Made by a program: the position numbers and the translations under genes
Source: Amoebidium appalachense
Taxonomy: Eukaryota > Protista > Ichthyosporea
DNA: 64,000 nt
Reading direction: 5' to 3'
Assembly: GCA_963693365.1 (NCBI GenBank)
Contig: CAVNZM010000008.1
Span: 7,698,830-7,762,829, forward strand
Shown: positions 39,144-64,000 of the stretch, one piece after another
How positions within the stretch are numbered: position 1 is the first letter of the stretch
Layout: every line of letters begins with the position of its first letter
The notes under the pieces: generated by a model
Seen by the model: the letters and a program-made list of their open reading frames with translations, nothing else
What the model was told of the DNA's origin: nothing
Databases searched by the model: none

Positions 39144-40329
39144 ACACACGCACACACGCACACACACGTGCGTGATCGAACCGATCTTGCCCCCCACCAA
39201 CATGCAAACTGTGTCATTCCCCCCTAATCCCCATCTGTTTTCTCATTACAAACAGGCACGCATATACAGTTCTATTCACCACAAGGACACACACATGCAT
39301 TTGTAGACTGTGGCTCGGTCATGGCATACATGTGGCAAAAGCAGAGAGGGAACTCCATGCTACATCAATCCTGGAGAAGTGTGGTCAGGAGTTGCGTGTT
39401 GCATTTAGGTGTGCTGGCCAGAATGGAGGGTAGGGGGTGAAAGATAATCTATTAAAACCTATTGCATGGGGGAAGAGAGCAACAGTTCATGCAACGCAGA
39501 GACAGTGGAACATAGTCTAACCAGGGGGGTCCGTGTAAAAGAGTGCATGATTGGTTACAGGTGGGGGTTAACAAGGAAACAACAGACGGGAGAAATGCGC
39601 AGTGCTGACTGGTGGTAGTCCATTGGTAGGGTTTGATTGGGTTTGGTGGTGGTGGTGGAGGAGGGGAGGGTGGAGGGGAGCTGCGGGGAAGGAGAGATAT
39701 AACGATAGACAAAAGACGGACAGAGACAAAAAGGGCAGGTGGACAGAGGTGGCGGGGCTCAACGAGTAACAAGGAAAAGGAGGGTAGGAGGGTAGGGGCA
39801 AACGATGATGTGAAGTTAAAGTCAACACAGAATGAAGATATCAAAAAGGAATGGCAGCTGACCGTGGACTCGTACCAACTTGAGCACAACAAGCATGGCC
39901 CTACACAGTACACAAACTTATTTGGTGTGCTCTCACACGCACACGCACATAATTTGAGCTGCTTTCACAGTCTTGTGAATGCATGGACACCTGCCCGCCA
40001 TGGTATCTGCAAACCCACACACATACACAATATCCCCCCCCCCCCCCCCCCAAACACACACACACACACGCACGCAGTGAAACAAAACAGACACAGAGAC
40101 ACACAAACCGCACAAGCACACACAAATGCACACACACACACACCCACAAACGGAAGAAGACCAGCACACACCTGGGAAGGAGTAGCTCAGCACCTGTTAA
40201 ATGGGCAACCCCGGCGCATGCACACCACAGACCTACTCCACCCAGCACCAGCATGGCATCAAGAACTTGATCTTCGGTTGACTACGCCTTGTCCGGAAAG
40301 AAGAAATAGATGAACCCTGTACTTATTTG

Positions 40330-41469
40330 CACATGTGTGGTGGTTGTGTGGTTGTGTGTATGGGTGGTTGAGTGGGTGGGTGGGTGGGTCGTAGGTGGGT
40401 GGTTGTGTGGATGATTGTGTGGATGGGTGTCTAGGTGGGTTGGTGATGGTGTCGGGGTGTGTGTGTGTGTGTTTTTGGGTGGGTGTGTCTCTCTGTGTGT
40501 GTGGGTAGTTGTGTAGGTTATTGGGTGTGTGTGTGGGCAGGTGTGGGTGGATGTGTGGGTGGGTCCATGTGAATGGGTCAATGGGTGTGTGGGTGGGTGT
40601 ATGGGTGAGTCGTCGTGTGGGTAGGTGATTGAATGGGTGGGTGTGTGAGCAGTTGGTTTGGTGGGTGGGTGTGTGGGTGGGTACATGGGTGTGTGTGTGG
40701 GTGTAGGTTGGTGAAACGTTGTGTAAATAATCGTGTAGGGGGGTCTTTGTGTAGGTGGATGCTTATGTCGCTGGGTGATTGTGTGAATGGGTGTGCCGGT
40801 GTGTGGGTGTGTGGGTGTGCGGGTGATTGTATGTGTGTGTGTGTGTGTGTGTGTTGTGTGGGTGAATGTACGGGTGTGAGGGTGATGTAGCGGGTGTGTG
40901 GGAGGGTGTATGGGGGGGGGGGGGGGGGGTAGATTGGAGGGAAGAGGAGGGTGGGGGGGGGGGGGGGGGGGGGAGAAGGGGGGGGGGGGAAGGAGGGGAA
41001 GCAGGAAAGAACGATTGATGCACAGAAAAGAGCTATTTAGGAGAAAACGAAGGGAAAGGAGGGGGTTGATTGTGCGGGTGTGTGGGTGATTGTAGGGGTG
41101 TGTGGGTGATTGTGTGGGTGGGTGCCGTGCCTGTGGGTGGCTGTGTGTGTGGGTGGCTATGCAGGTGGTTGGGTGTGGGAGTGGGTGTGGGTGTGAGTGG
41201 GTGTGGGAGTGAATAAGTGTGGGTGGGTGGGTGGATTGGGGGATGGAGTGTGGGGGTGGTTGGTTGTGAGGGTGGGTGGGTATATGAGTGTGGCTGTGAT
41301 TGGGTGGTTGTGTGGGTAGGTGTACGGTTAGGTATGTGGGTGGGTGTGGAGGTGAGTGGTTATGTGGCTGGGTGTGCGCCGTTGGATAGTCATGTGGGCA
41401 ATTGTGTGGGTGAATATGGTAATTGTGTGGGTGAATATGTGGGTAGGAGGCTGTGTGGGTGGTTGTCAC

Positions 41470-41557
<88 letters not shown>

Positions 41558-41626
41558 TGGGTGGATGTGTGGGTGATTGTGTAGGTGGGTGTGTCATTGT
41601 GTGGGTGTGAGGGAGGGAGGGTGGGT

Positions 41627-41675
<49 letters not shown>

Positions 41676-41745
41676 TGGGTGGATGTGTGGGTGATTGTGT
41701 AGGTGGGTGTGTCATTGTGTGGGTGTGAGGGAGGGAGGGTGGGTG

Positions 41746-41798
<53 letters not shown>

Positions 41799-42320
41799 GA
41801 TGGGTAATTGTGTAGGTTTTTGGGTGCGTGGGTGGGTGGGCGTGTGAGTGGGTGGTTGGATGGGTTGGTGTTCGGGAGGGTATGTGAATGGGTGGGTGGG
41901 TCTGAGAATGGGTCATTGTTTGAGTGAGTGATTGTGACTGTGTGTGTGTGTGGGTTGTGTCGGTGTGTGGGTGTGTGTTGTGTGTGTGTGTGAGTAGTTG
42001 TGTAGGTAGTTGGGTGTGTAGATGGGTAGGTGGTTGTGTGGGTGTGTGTGGGTGGGTGGGTGTGGAGATGGGTGTGAGTGTGGGTGAACGTGTGCATGAG
42101 TGAGTGAGTGTGTGGGTGGTTTTGTCGATGGTTGTGTGGTTGGGTGTGCAGGTAGGTGAATGTGTGAGAGGATGGTTATGTGGGTTGGTGGTTGTGCAGG
42201 TGTTGTTGGCTGTGTGGATAGTCCTGTAGTTGTATGGTGGTGGGTGGTTGTGTGGGTGTGTGTGTGGGTCTATGGTGGAATAGGTGGTTGCGTGGGTATG
42301 TGAGTGGTGGCCGTGTGGGT
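40330..42320. repeat. About 2-kb cryptic GT/GGGT low-complexity tract with a local duplication of about 120 bp
   Basis: Almost only G/T on the + strand. gtcattgtgtgggtgtgagggagggagggtgggtgg is repeated at about 41592 and 41711. This tract produces the spurious 732-aa ORF. Confidence 0.9.
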
Positions 42321-43555
42321 GGGAGAAAGGGCAGGCCAGAAGCTGGGGCAGAAGGAAGGAGAAGGGGGAAAGAAGGGCGGGAGAGAGTGCAAAAAAAAGG
42401 GAGAGAGATCCGATAGAAAAAAAGAGCGACGGAGAGAGGGCAAGAGACAGAGAGAGGGAGGGACACAGAGAGAGAAGCAAGGAGTGGAGAGAGAGGGAGG
42501 CAGGGAGAAAGGGAGGCGGGCGAGGGAGAGGGAGAGAGAGAGGGATAGAGAGAGTGGAGAGAGAAAGAAAAAGAGAGAGAGATAGGAAAGAAACAGAGAA
42601 ATCACGAGAGAAAACGGCAAGGGGGGAGGGAGGGAGGGGGGGGGGGGGGGGGGGGGGGGAGGGAGAGGGATAAATAGAGAGATAGTGAGAGGGAAACAGA
42701 TGGAAAGAAGAAAGGGGAAAGAACTATGTGGGGAGCGGGGAAGGCAAGGGGATCACGTGTTTATATGGAGAAGAAGAAGAAAGAGGGAAGACACAGGCAG
42801 TCAAAGTGGGCAACAATGGGGGAGGTGAGAAAGGGGGGGGAGGTTTTTTTTTTTTTTTTTTTTTTTTTGGGGGGGGGGGGGGGGGGGTAGGATTGGGGGA
42901 AGGAAGAAGGGGAGGGGGCATGACCGGTGTGTTTGCTTGTAGGGCGGGGGGACCTTGAGCAAAAGCTGAAGCGGGCTGAGACGAATCCGCTATAGAGAAA
43001 GAGCTTCAAAAAAGGAAAAAGAAGGAGGATAAACCAACGAATATTTGGACAACCATAAAGAAGGGGACAAGGCATAACACCAGCACTGACGAGGAAGGGA
43101 GCGAAGGGGGATTTCCGAAAAGGTAAAGGACAAGCAGGACATGAAGGTGAGTGGGGGAGGAATCCCAGCGAAAGTAAACAAAAAACGGGGAATGTGCAGG
43201 AACAGGAAGTAGGATGAACACGGAACAACCAATGGGCAGGGAACTAAGGGGTTGGAGCAAGTGGCAGGATTACCCCACGAAAAATAGGGAAGAGGAATAA
43301 GCGGCGAGGCAGGGGAATAGATCAGTGTGGGAATAAAAAGAATGGGGAGGGACGGAAAAACAGTGTTGCAGAAAGGGTGAAAAAAGCATAGGAAAGAAGG
43401 GGAAATAGGGGCAGAGCAAGAAGAGGAAAACTAAGAGGGGAAGAGAGCGTGAGGGATAGTCAAAGAGAATACCCGAATGTGAGCAGATAAACCGAAAATG
43501 GAGCAAGAAAAAGTGGGCGGGGAGGAGGGAGAGGGGGAAGACACGAAGGAAAGGG

Positions 43556-43589
<34 letters not shown>

Positions 43590-43840
43590 GAAAGAGAGGG
43601 AGCGGGTGTTTAAGTGTGTGGTTCGAGGGAAGGACGCCGGGGGACGGGAGCAGTAGTGAGTGGTAGAGAAGTGCGCGGGAAGCAGAAGAGAGGGAGGGAA
43701 GGAGAAACAGAAAGAAGGAAAAAGGGAGAGGCTTCACAGGAAGGGGAGAAGGAAAGAACAGGAGAAGGAGGCCGAGGAAAGAAAGGAGTATGGGGACAGA
43801 CACCAAAAGAGAAGAGATGTCGGTCAACGAGGAAGTGTAA
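42320..43840. repeat. About 1.5-kb polypurine-skewed (GA-rich) tract
   Basis: Strong A/G excess on the + strand with little periodicity. Confidence 0.8.
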
Positions 43841-44401
43841 GGCTGTATGTCTCTGTGTGTATACATGCATGCTAGGGTACAGAGTGAGAGCAAGTGCGTA
43901 GGGGTCTGTGTGTGGGCCTGCTCACAAGCATGTGTGCGTACACGCACGTGTGCGTGTTTCAAAGTGTCTGCAAGTAACAGTGCACACGGCTCTGTGTTCA
44001 GGTGTGTATACGTGTCACATTTGTTTACACGTTTGTGTGCTGCGTCTGTGCGTTTGGGCATGAGAATGTGTGTGTTTGTGTGTGCTCATGTATGCAAGCA
44101 AGTACAAAAGCTTGGGTGTGAGTGTGCGTGTGTGTGCGTGTGGGTGGGTGTATGCCTGTGCACGGTGTGTGTGTGTGTGGTGTGTGTGTATGTGTGTGTG
44201 AACGAGTACGGTATGTGTGTGTGTTGTGTGCGTGTGCTTCCGTGTGTCCGTGATTGTGAATGCTTGTACTTGTGGGTTGCTTGTGTGCGTGTGTGTGGTT
44301 GCACGTGTGCCTGTGTGTGTTGGTATGTGTGCGTGCGTGTATGATTTGGCAGTGGATGCGTGCTTAAAAGTGGATGCGCACAGCATATAGTGCCCAAGCG
44401 A

Positions 44402-44516
<115 letters not shown>

Positions 44517-46510
44517 CATATGCGTGTGTGTGTGTGTGTGCATGTGTGCGCATGAATGAATGTGAGTGCGCGTGTGTGAGTGTGCTTGCGTGTCTGCGTG
44601 CGTTGCTGTGTGCACACGCACACGTCGGTGTTTGGTGCGGGTGTGGGTGGGTGCGTGGGCGTGTGTGGGTGGGTGTGTGCGTGCGTGCGTGCGTGCGTGC
44701 GCGCGTGCGTGCATATGCGTAAAAACAAGCGTTTTTAACTATGGGAAACCTTCCTCGCCTAGCCACTAGAGTCGCAGACACTTGGTTCTCATCGACGACA
44801 TAACAGATGAGAAGGCTTGCCGACGTGTAAGAAAACAACAAGCAGACAAGCCTGTAAGTGTACACAGTGGACACCCACCGTTGTCAAGTTGCTGCAAAAT
44901 GCCGGCGGGGCTGGCTGGTAGTGTTTCACGGGTGCAACCTTGCCACACTCTCGTGTTTTACTCGACCTTGACTATTTTTCTAAAACAGCTAGGTTGAGAA
45001 CAGCGGAAAAAAAGAAAAAGAAAGCGCATGCATGCGAAAGTTGCCGATCCGTGAAAAAAAAAAGCGAATAGATCTAGCCGGTTACTACAGTGTATGATAT
45101 TAACCGCCAATTATTGGTTATTTAATGTGAAAGCCAGTAACAGATTACTGATTGGCCGATCTTTTATCATGCCTTTGCCGACCCAAAAAAGGCTATGCGA
45201 AGCTTTCAGCAACCAAATGTTCCGGATTTCAAATCAGGATCGGTGTTTTCCCATAATAGGCTAGATCCGTCCTCGATCGACCGATTTCCGCTGGAAAAAA
45301 GGATCGAAGGAATTCTGCAGCAAACGGCGCCCCATACTAACCATTCAATAGTGGATAGTTTGAACTGGAGTCATGCACGTGGATCAACATCACTCAGTGA
45401 TGTCATCGCAGGCCGGGGCGTTACAAGCCCTGACGCTGCAGCCTTGCTTTTCTAAGTTATTAGTAATCATGTTGATAGAGCGGAAAAAATGGGTTGTTTA
45501 TTAACAGATGCTATTTTGCGGTTTTCTAAGTCATTATACATAAGTGCACGGTCGGTAAGCCTATAAAGCCTGCTCACGTTTATCACGAGCTTCAAGTCTG
45601 ACCGAGATGATCTGTGCAATGGAATGCATGCGCACATTCCTTTGATACGCAGTACATGGGAGCGGTGAGCTCTAATCCAATCACGACTCCACGTGAAAAT
45701 CGATCAAGTTGATACCGCCAATCAAAACCCTCTGATATAACTATATTTGGTAATCAAAACTACCCATGTATTCCGATTAGATAACCCTTTCTCCTCTGAT
45801 TCCCTCCTACACACTCAAGAGTCTCCGACAGTCACCGACTCCGGCGACTCAAGCTTAGGACCGTTGAGAACCTGAGTGACACGGTCACCGTGACGCTCCT
45901 TGCAAGACACGGCCGGTGGCGGTGAAGCTGAGGGTCATGGAGTCAGAAGGACAGGGTACCGGTCGGCCATGCATGGTCTCCAGTCCTACATACGTAGGGC
46001 CCCCTTTCTACGTGGCACTGAACAACAACAAATGCATGGCCATGCAATAACACCCACTAAATCACAACCAAGCACAAGCCTTGAAGTTCCTCACAAATCC
46101 TACTCACCCATCACTCCCTAGCAGATGGAACACACACGAATACCTCGTAAACTAATAAGTAGGTATAAAAAGTTTATGTGTCATCGAAAGCATGTCTGAC
46201 ACTGGTCTCTCTTTGCCTCGGGTAAACAGCGTAAACCCCCGAAAGCATGTACGTATGGATAGTGGTCAACGTTAACACCAATATGAAACATAATGAAAGG
46301 GAACTTCGGGGGAAGATAGAGTGATTATCGATGGGCGCGTGGGTAGGTGGGGCCCCCGGGGTGTCACGATGTACATGTGTTGTTAGTGCATGTGATAGGG
46401 AGGGCGTCACCGTACCGAAGCCGTGTGCACTTGTACGTGTGTGCCACGGTCACACGTGTGTACGTGCGCGTGTGTGTGTTTGTGTGTGTATGTGTTAGTA
46501 CTTTGTATGA

Positions 46511-46970
46511 GTGTGTGCATGTGTATATGCATGTGTGTTTGTGTGTGTGTCTGTGCGTTCTTGTGCGTGTGCGTGTGTCGTGCGCATGCGTGTGCGTGTG
46601 TGTACACGTTTGTGTGTGTGTTGTACTTGTGTGTTGTGTGTAGTGTGCGTGCCTGCGTGCGTGCGTGCGTGCGCGCGCGTGTGTGTGTGTGTGTGTTGTT
46701 GTGGTGGTGGTGGTGGTGCAAATGGTGCTGGTTCATAATACATAAGTGCACCGCAGTACATTTTGAACCGTTGTGGCTGTGTTGTTGCGTGGTGGTACCG
46801 CTGGTGTTTTGAGAGGGGGGAGGGGGGGGGGGGGGGAGGGGGGGGGGGGGGGGGCGGGGGGGGGGGGGGGGAGCGAGAGAGAGAAAGAGAGGGGGGGGGA
46901 AGGGGCAGGGGGGGGCGGAAAGTGAGAGCTAATATTAGAGATAGGGAAAGAGAGAGGAGAGAGAGAGAGG

Positions 46971-47017
<47 letters not shown>

Positions 47018-47018
47018 C

Positions 47019-47049
<31 letters not shown>

Positions 47050-47715
47050 GAGGATCCGGAAGGGGGTTCGGTGCTAGGGGGTGGTCACTCAATCGCAACC
47101 GTTACTACACGGTTGACTCAGCTGCAGGTCTACCTTGTGTTATTTCTAATATGCATATTAGCTAGAGGCTCGAACTGTTCGTGAAACATTAATGGCCATG
47201 TCGTCAAGTACTCAGTAGTAAGGTAGTAGTAGCTACGTGTCATATGTGCATCAGCTCACGTCTTTCTCTTGGGCAGATACTGAACTTCAGTGGTGTGATC
47301 ATGATACTATTTCCACTGAATCATACCACATGATTCATGCCCTTTATAACTCTACATGTACACGTGCTAAAACAGAGCCACTGGTCGCGTTGCAATTACT
47401 CAACGAGTGAATTAAATGATGTGTGCAAGCTATGAGTAATCTAAACTTGTAGATTCATTCATGATCATAAAACTTTCAACGGTTCTTCAGCCGTTGTTCT
47501 ATGGGTCTCAACCCGAGGTCCTGAGTTGACCCACGTGATCACATTTTAACCGAGATGATCAACAGCTTCGAGGCTTTCGACACACTTTCATTGTCTAATA
47601 TGTAGATATCTAGAGTAGCTTGAATATCTGTCTGGCCACTTCCTACAATGAGCCTCCCCCCCCCCCCCCCCCCCTCCCCCGATCAAACACACGCGCACAT
47701 AAGCACGCGCGTGCG

Positions 47716-47768
<53 letters not shown>

Positions 47769-47825
47769 GATGCGCACGTGTACACAGACACAGATACACA
47801 GACGCACACGCGCGCACACGATATT

Positions 47826-47866
<41 letters not shown>

Positions 47867-47940
47867 CGCACGACACACGCACACGCACAAGAACGCACAG
47901 ACACACACACAAACACACGTGCATATACACATGCACACAC
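46511..47940. repeat. 78-bp inverted repeat pair (46511-46588 and 47863-47940)
   Basis: gtgtgtgcatgtgtatatgca(t/c)gtgtgtttgtgtgtgtgtctgtgcgttcttgtgcgtgtgcgtgtgtcgtgcgcatg and its reverse complement, with 1 mismatch. Confidence 0.85.
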
Positions 47941-48187
47941 ACAGTGCCTGAAAAGATGTCGCTGTGTAGACTCTGAAGCACCAGTAATTACTGCCGCAAG
48001 TAATCACATGGAAATTGGTGGACCTAATAAAACCAACAATCATGGATTTTAATTATTTTTTGTTCAATTGTCTACTACCCACTTCGAGTCAATGCAATAG
48101 GCAGCACTCGAGCCCCCCCTCCCCCCCCCCCCCTGGGGGGCCCCCGAGTGTACACACTCGCACTGCTGTCACACGTATGCACGCATG

Positions 48188-48219
<32 letters not shown>

Positions 48220-48585
48220 ATGGGGGCACTCGAGCTCTCAGTCCAACTACTCGGCGTCCGAAGCTTCTCATTGGGCGATTATCATTAAATTTGAAAAGCA
48301 ATGACGTGATGCCATCATTTACATATATTGCTAAGTATATACGTATGGTTTATAAATAGCATGGTATCCCTGGGCTGGCATCCAACAAAATGCCGGGGAT
48401 ATGTAAAAAAAATTCAATAAAACGGTATGAACACGGAATGACAATAACCGAACATCCCCCCCCCCCCCCCCCCCCCCTCCCCTCCCCCTTTCCCCCCCCT
48501 CCCCCCTCCCCCCCCCCCCCCCCCCCCCCCCCCCACCCACCCAAAAAAAGGAACCAACAGGCCTAAGGACATTTTCGAATATTTC

Positions 48586-57748
<9,163 letters not shown>

Positions 57749-58116
57749 CAGCTACAGTTCCAAGCAGTGCACCGCATCCGTGTTTGCGCCATCAGTCTCA
57801 ACGGTGGCTCAGTCAATGACGTCAATTTGCTTATAGGGCTCTTATGAAGTTACAGTGTAGGCTACCTAATCTCACATACAAAGTCTACGCGCTTTAGACT
57901 GTATGACCTTGTGTTTGACCTGTTTCGCCCGGGCCCCCGAGCCTCGGCGGGAGGGCGACAGAACGAGGAATCTTCTTTCGAACTGGGCTGAATGATGGTT
58001 GTGTTTATAAGATTTGCAGGCAGATAGAGAAATTTTCTAGGATACCTCGAGTGCTTGTCCGCCAAGAATCGTTCAGGCGTGAGGGCTGCAGCAGTCGGCG
58101 TTTTCGACTCTTGTAG
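57749..58116. promoter_or_regulatory. Probable compact bidirectional promoter with 5' UTR exons (MOSC gene on -, WW gene on +)
   Basis: Repeat-free CpG-rich island between the inferred MOSC ATG (57748) and a strong + strand donor AG|gtaagg at 58117. TGACGTCA at 57817-57824. Confidence 0.5.
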
Positions 58117-58333
58117 GTAAGGGTGATGTCAAACAAGCACTGCTCTGTCTCTGACTGTGGACCTCTCATCTCATCTTTTCTCCCCCCTCCCTCCCTCCCT
58201 CCCCCCCTCCCTCCCCTCCCCTCTCCCCCCCCCCATCCCCTCTCCCCTCTCCCTGTCTATTCGCTTCCGTTTCTAGCTTCCTCCATCTTTCCTCCTCCCC
58301 TCCTGAACCTCCTCGTCCTGCCCCTCTCCCCGC

Positions 58334-58461
<128 letters not shown>

Positions 58462-58599
58462 TCTCCCTCCCTCCCTCCCTCCCAACCCCCTCTCTCTCTC
58501 TTTCTCTCTCTCTCTCTCCCCCCCCCCCCCCCCCCTCCCTCCCCCACCTCTCTCTCCCTCTCTCCCTCCCTCCCTCACTTCCTCCCTCCCTCTCTGCCC

Positions 58600-58660
<61 letters not shown>

Positions 58661-58712
58661 CCCCCTCTTCCTCTCTCTTCCTCTCTCTCTTCTCTCTCCC
58701 TCTCCCCCTCTT

Positions 58713-58744
<32 letters not shown>

Positions 58745-59328
58745 CCCTCCCCCCCCCCCCTCTCTCCCCCCCCCCCCTCCCCCCTTCCGTCATCCCTCAA
58801 CACCAATCTCTGCGCTGCTCTTCCCACCTCCCCAACCCCCCACCCCTCTTCCTCGCTCCTCTTCTTCAGATTTCCAACCTCGAGAGCAACAACGTCTTCC
58901 ATCAACTCTCCCCCCCCCCCCTCCCCCCACGCCCCCTCTACACCACACCCGGTCTTTTCCGGACCCATCCGTTTCCATTCCCCCTAGCTTTTTTCTTACT
59001 GCTGACCTGTGCGCATACAGTGCAGCACTCCTTTTCAACCATGATTGGGACTGACACTCTTGTTTCCTGTTGCTTGGCATTGTGTGTGTGGTAGTCTACC
59101 AGGCAGGTGCAAAATGTCCGTTTGATGCTTCCAAGACGATATTTTCCAAGTCAAAAAACAAAAACCAGTCTACTTGGTTTGTGCTGCTGAGTTACAAAAG
59201 AAGATTCTCTTGAGCTTTACCTTGATTCTTTTTATGTCATCGACCACCAGCAACAGAGGTTTTATGTTATGTCTTCGATCACAGCAGATGCAAACACACA
59301 GACACGCACGCACACACACACACACACC

Positions 59329-59415
<87 letters not shown>

Positions 59416-60061
59416 CCTCTCTCCTGTCACCCCCCCAATGCCCTCTCTCTTGTTTGCTCTCTACTTATCCATCCCCATTTCTTTCCCTCTCCATTATATC
59501 ACGTTTTTCTTTTCCTCCCGTTCCCCTGCCTCCCTCCCAGGGGTCCCCCCCCCCCCCCCCCCCCCTTCCCTCCCTCTCCTCTCTCCCTTCTTTCCCTCCA
59601 TCTCTGCCTCCCTCCGCCCTCGCTTCCCCCACCCGATCCTCTCTCCCTCCGTCCCTCCCTCTGTGCCCCTTTATTCCTCCTCACTTCCTTCATCGTTCTC
59701 TCTGTCCCTCTCCCCATCTTTCCCTGTTTCCCCCTCCCTCCCCTCCGGCTTTTCATCCCCCTCCTCGTTCTCTCTCTCTGCCCCTCATGACTTGGCCCCT
59801 ACTTGAGGATTGGCCCTACTTATCATGCATTGTCTTTGTGTGCGGTCTTTTCCTGCAAAGTCTCCACTGTGTTGTCGGTCGCAAATGGTTAAATACTTCG
59901 CACACTTTACCTCCCCCCCCCCCCCCCCCCCCCCCCCCAGCACCTCTCTCCCTACCTCTTTGCGAGTTTATTTCCGTTATCTTCCTCCATGACAAAAACT
60001 CATCGAAAACCTGAAAAATATGCTCCTTGCAATTGCAGATTGCCCGTGCCAACACACCAAC

Positions 60062-63191
<3,130 letters not shown>

Positions 63192-63222
63192 GTATGCTTT
63201 GTCTCTCTCGCGTCGCTTTTTC

Positions 63223-63258
<36 letters not shown>

Positions 63259-63658
63259 TTCCTGTCTGTGCAGGTTGAAATCCTTTGACCAAAAGGGGTT
63301 TCTTTTAGGAATCTGGGTCGGATCAGACCCGAAAAAGAAAAAAATGAAAATGAAAATAAAAATAAAATAGAAATAAAAATGAAACTATTCACGTTTTATT
63401 ATGATTGTCGAGATGCCCATCAAACAGCCTTTTGGCTTGACCCGAGAGAACCTTTAAATCGGCCTAGAATAATCCCCCCTCAAAATTTGTATAAATGACG
63501 ATTTCCCATTCTTTTCATTACTGGCCCATTTCTTGCCGTTTCCTTTCTGTTCTTCCGGCGGACAATTTTATATAGGAAGAGGTAGCTGGGCCCATGTGAT
63601 CCTCCCAAGTGGAGGAAAGGTGGTGGAGATTTTCTTTCCCCCCTTCTTCAGCCCCTCC

Positions 63659-63700
<42 letters not shown>

Positions 63701-64000
63701 ATCCCCCCCCCCTCTTGGATAATGGAACTTTCGAAGAAAACATAAGCATCATTTTCAAAGTGGTTCTTATAAAAACCAGGCCCCAACAATATGACCACAT
63801 GTTCAATGGTTGTGTATGGAGGATATTCCAGTAGGTTGCCTAGCAGATGTTTGGGTGTGTGCCATCTAACGTTTTTGCCGGCACATTTCTCAACGGCACA
63901 GGTGTTATTCACCTGATGTCTTTTTCACCAAAAAGAGAGCACCCCATATATGGGAAAGACCAATCTGTGTGTTCTGTCCGACCAGCAGAGCACTGGTGTT

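Noticed and set aside
40282-42480. 732-aa His/Thr/Pro-rich ORF (mucin-like)
   Set aside because: Translation of a cryptic CA/CCCA tract that lacks stops for compositional reasons.
63568-63912. 114-aa - strand ORF in the last intron
   Set aside because: No recognisable domain, interrupted by poly-G, and close to the window end.

Overview
Eukaryotic nuclear DNA with spliceosomal introns. Much of it is simple repeat: (CA)n/(TG)n, (CT)n/(GA)n and poly-C/poly-G, so almost all ORFs in the supplied track (HTHT, CVCV, PPPP, GGGG, ERER) are artefacts. Splicing the unique islands by hand and checking exon phases recovers six genes. These are an MGME1-like PD-(D/E)XK exonuclease (+, about 3.9-9.6 kb), an intronless riboflavin kinase (-), an RGS-domain gene with a frame switch (-), an ankyrin-repeat gene with 99-nt exons (-, only partly resolved), a 10-exon MOSC/mARC-YcbX-like gene (-), and the 5' part of a proline-rich WW-domain gene (PRPF40/TCERG1-like, +) transcribed divergently from the MOSC gene. 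Three observations stand out. (1) A dispersed, possibly structured element with two invariant 15-nt blocks resembling hammerhead core motifs sits in sense orientation in introns of three different genes, with a 244-nt tandem period at one site. (2) Introns recurrently follow a pattern of donor, then poly-C, then (CA)n running straight into the acceptor AG. (3) There are non-canonical splice sites (one GC donor, one apparent CG acceptor). The organism cannot be identified from the sequence, and homopolymer lengths and single-base anomalies may be assembly errors.
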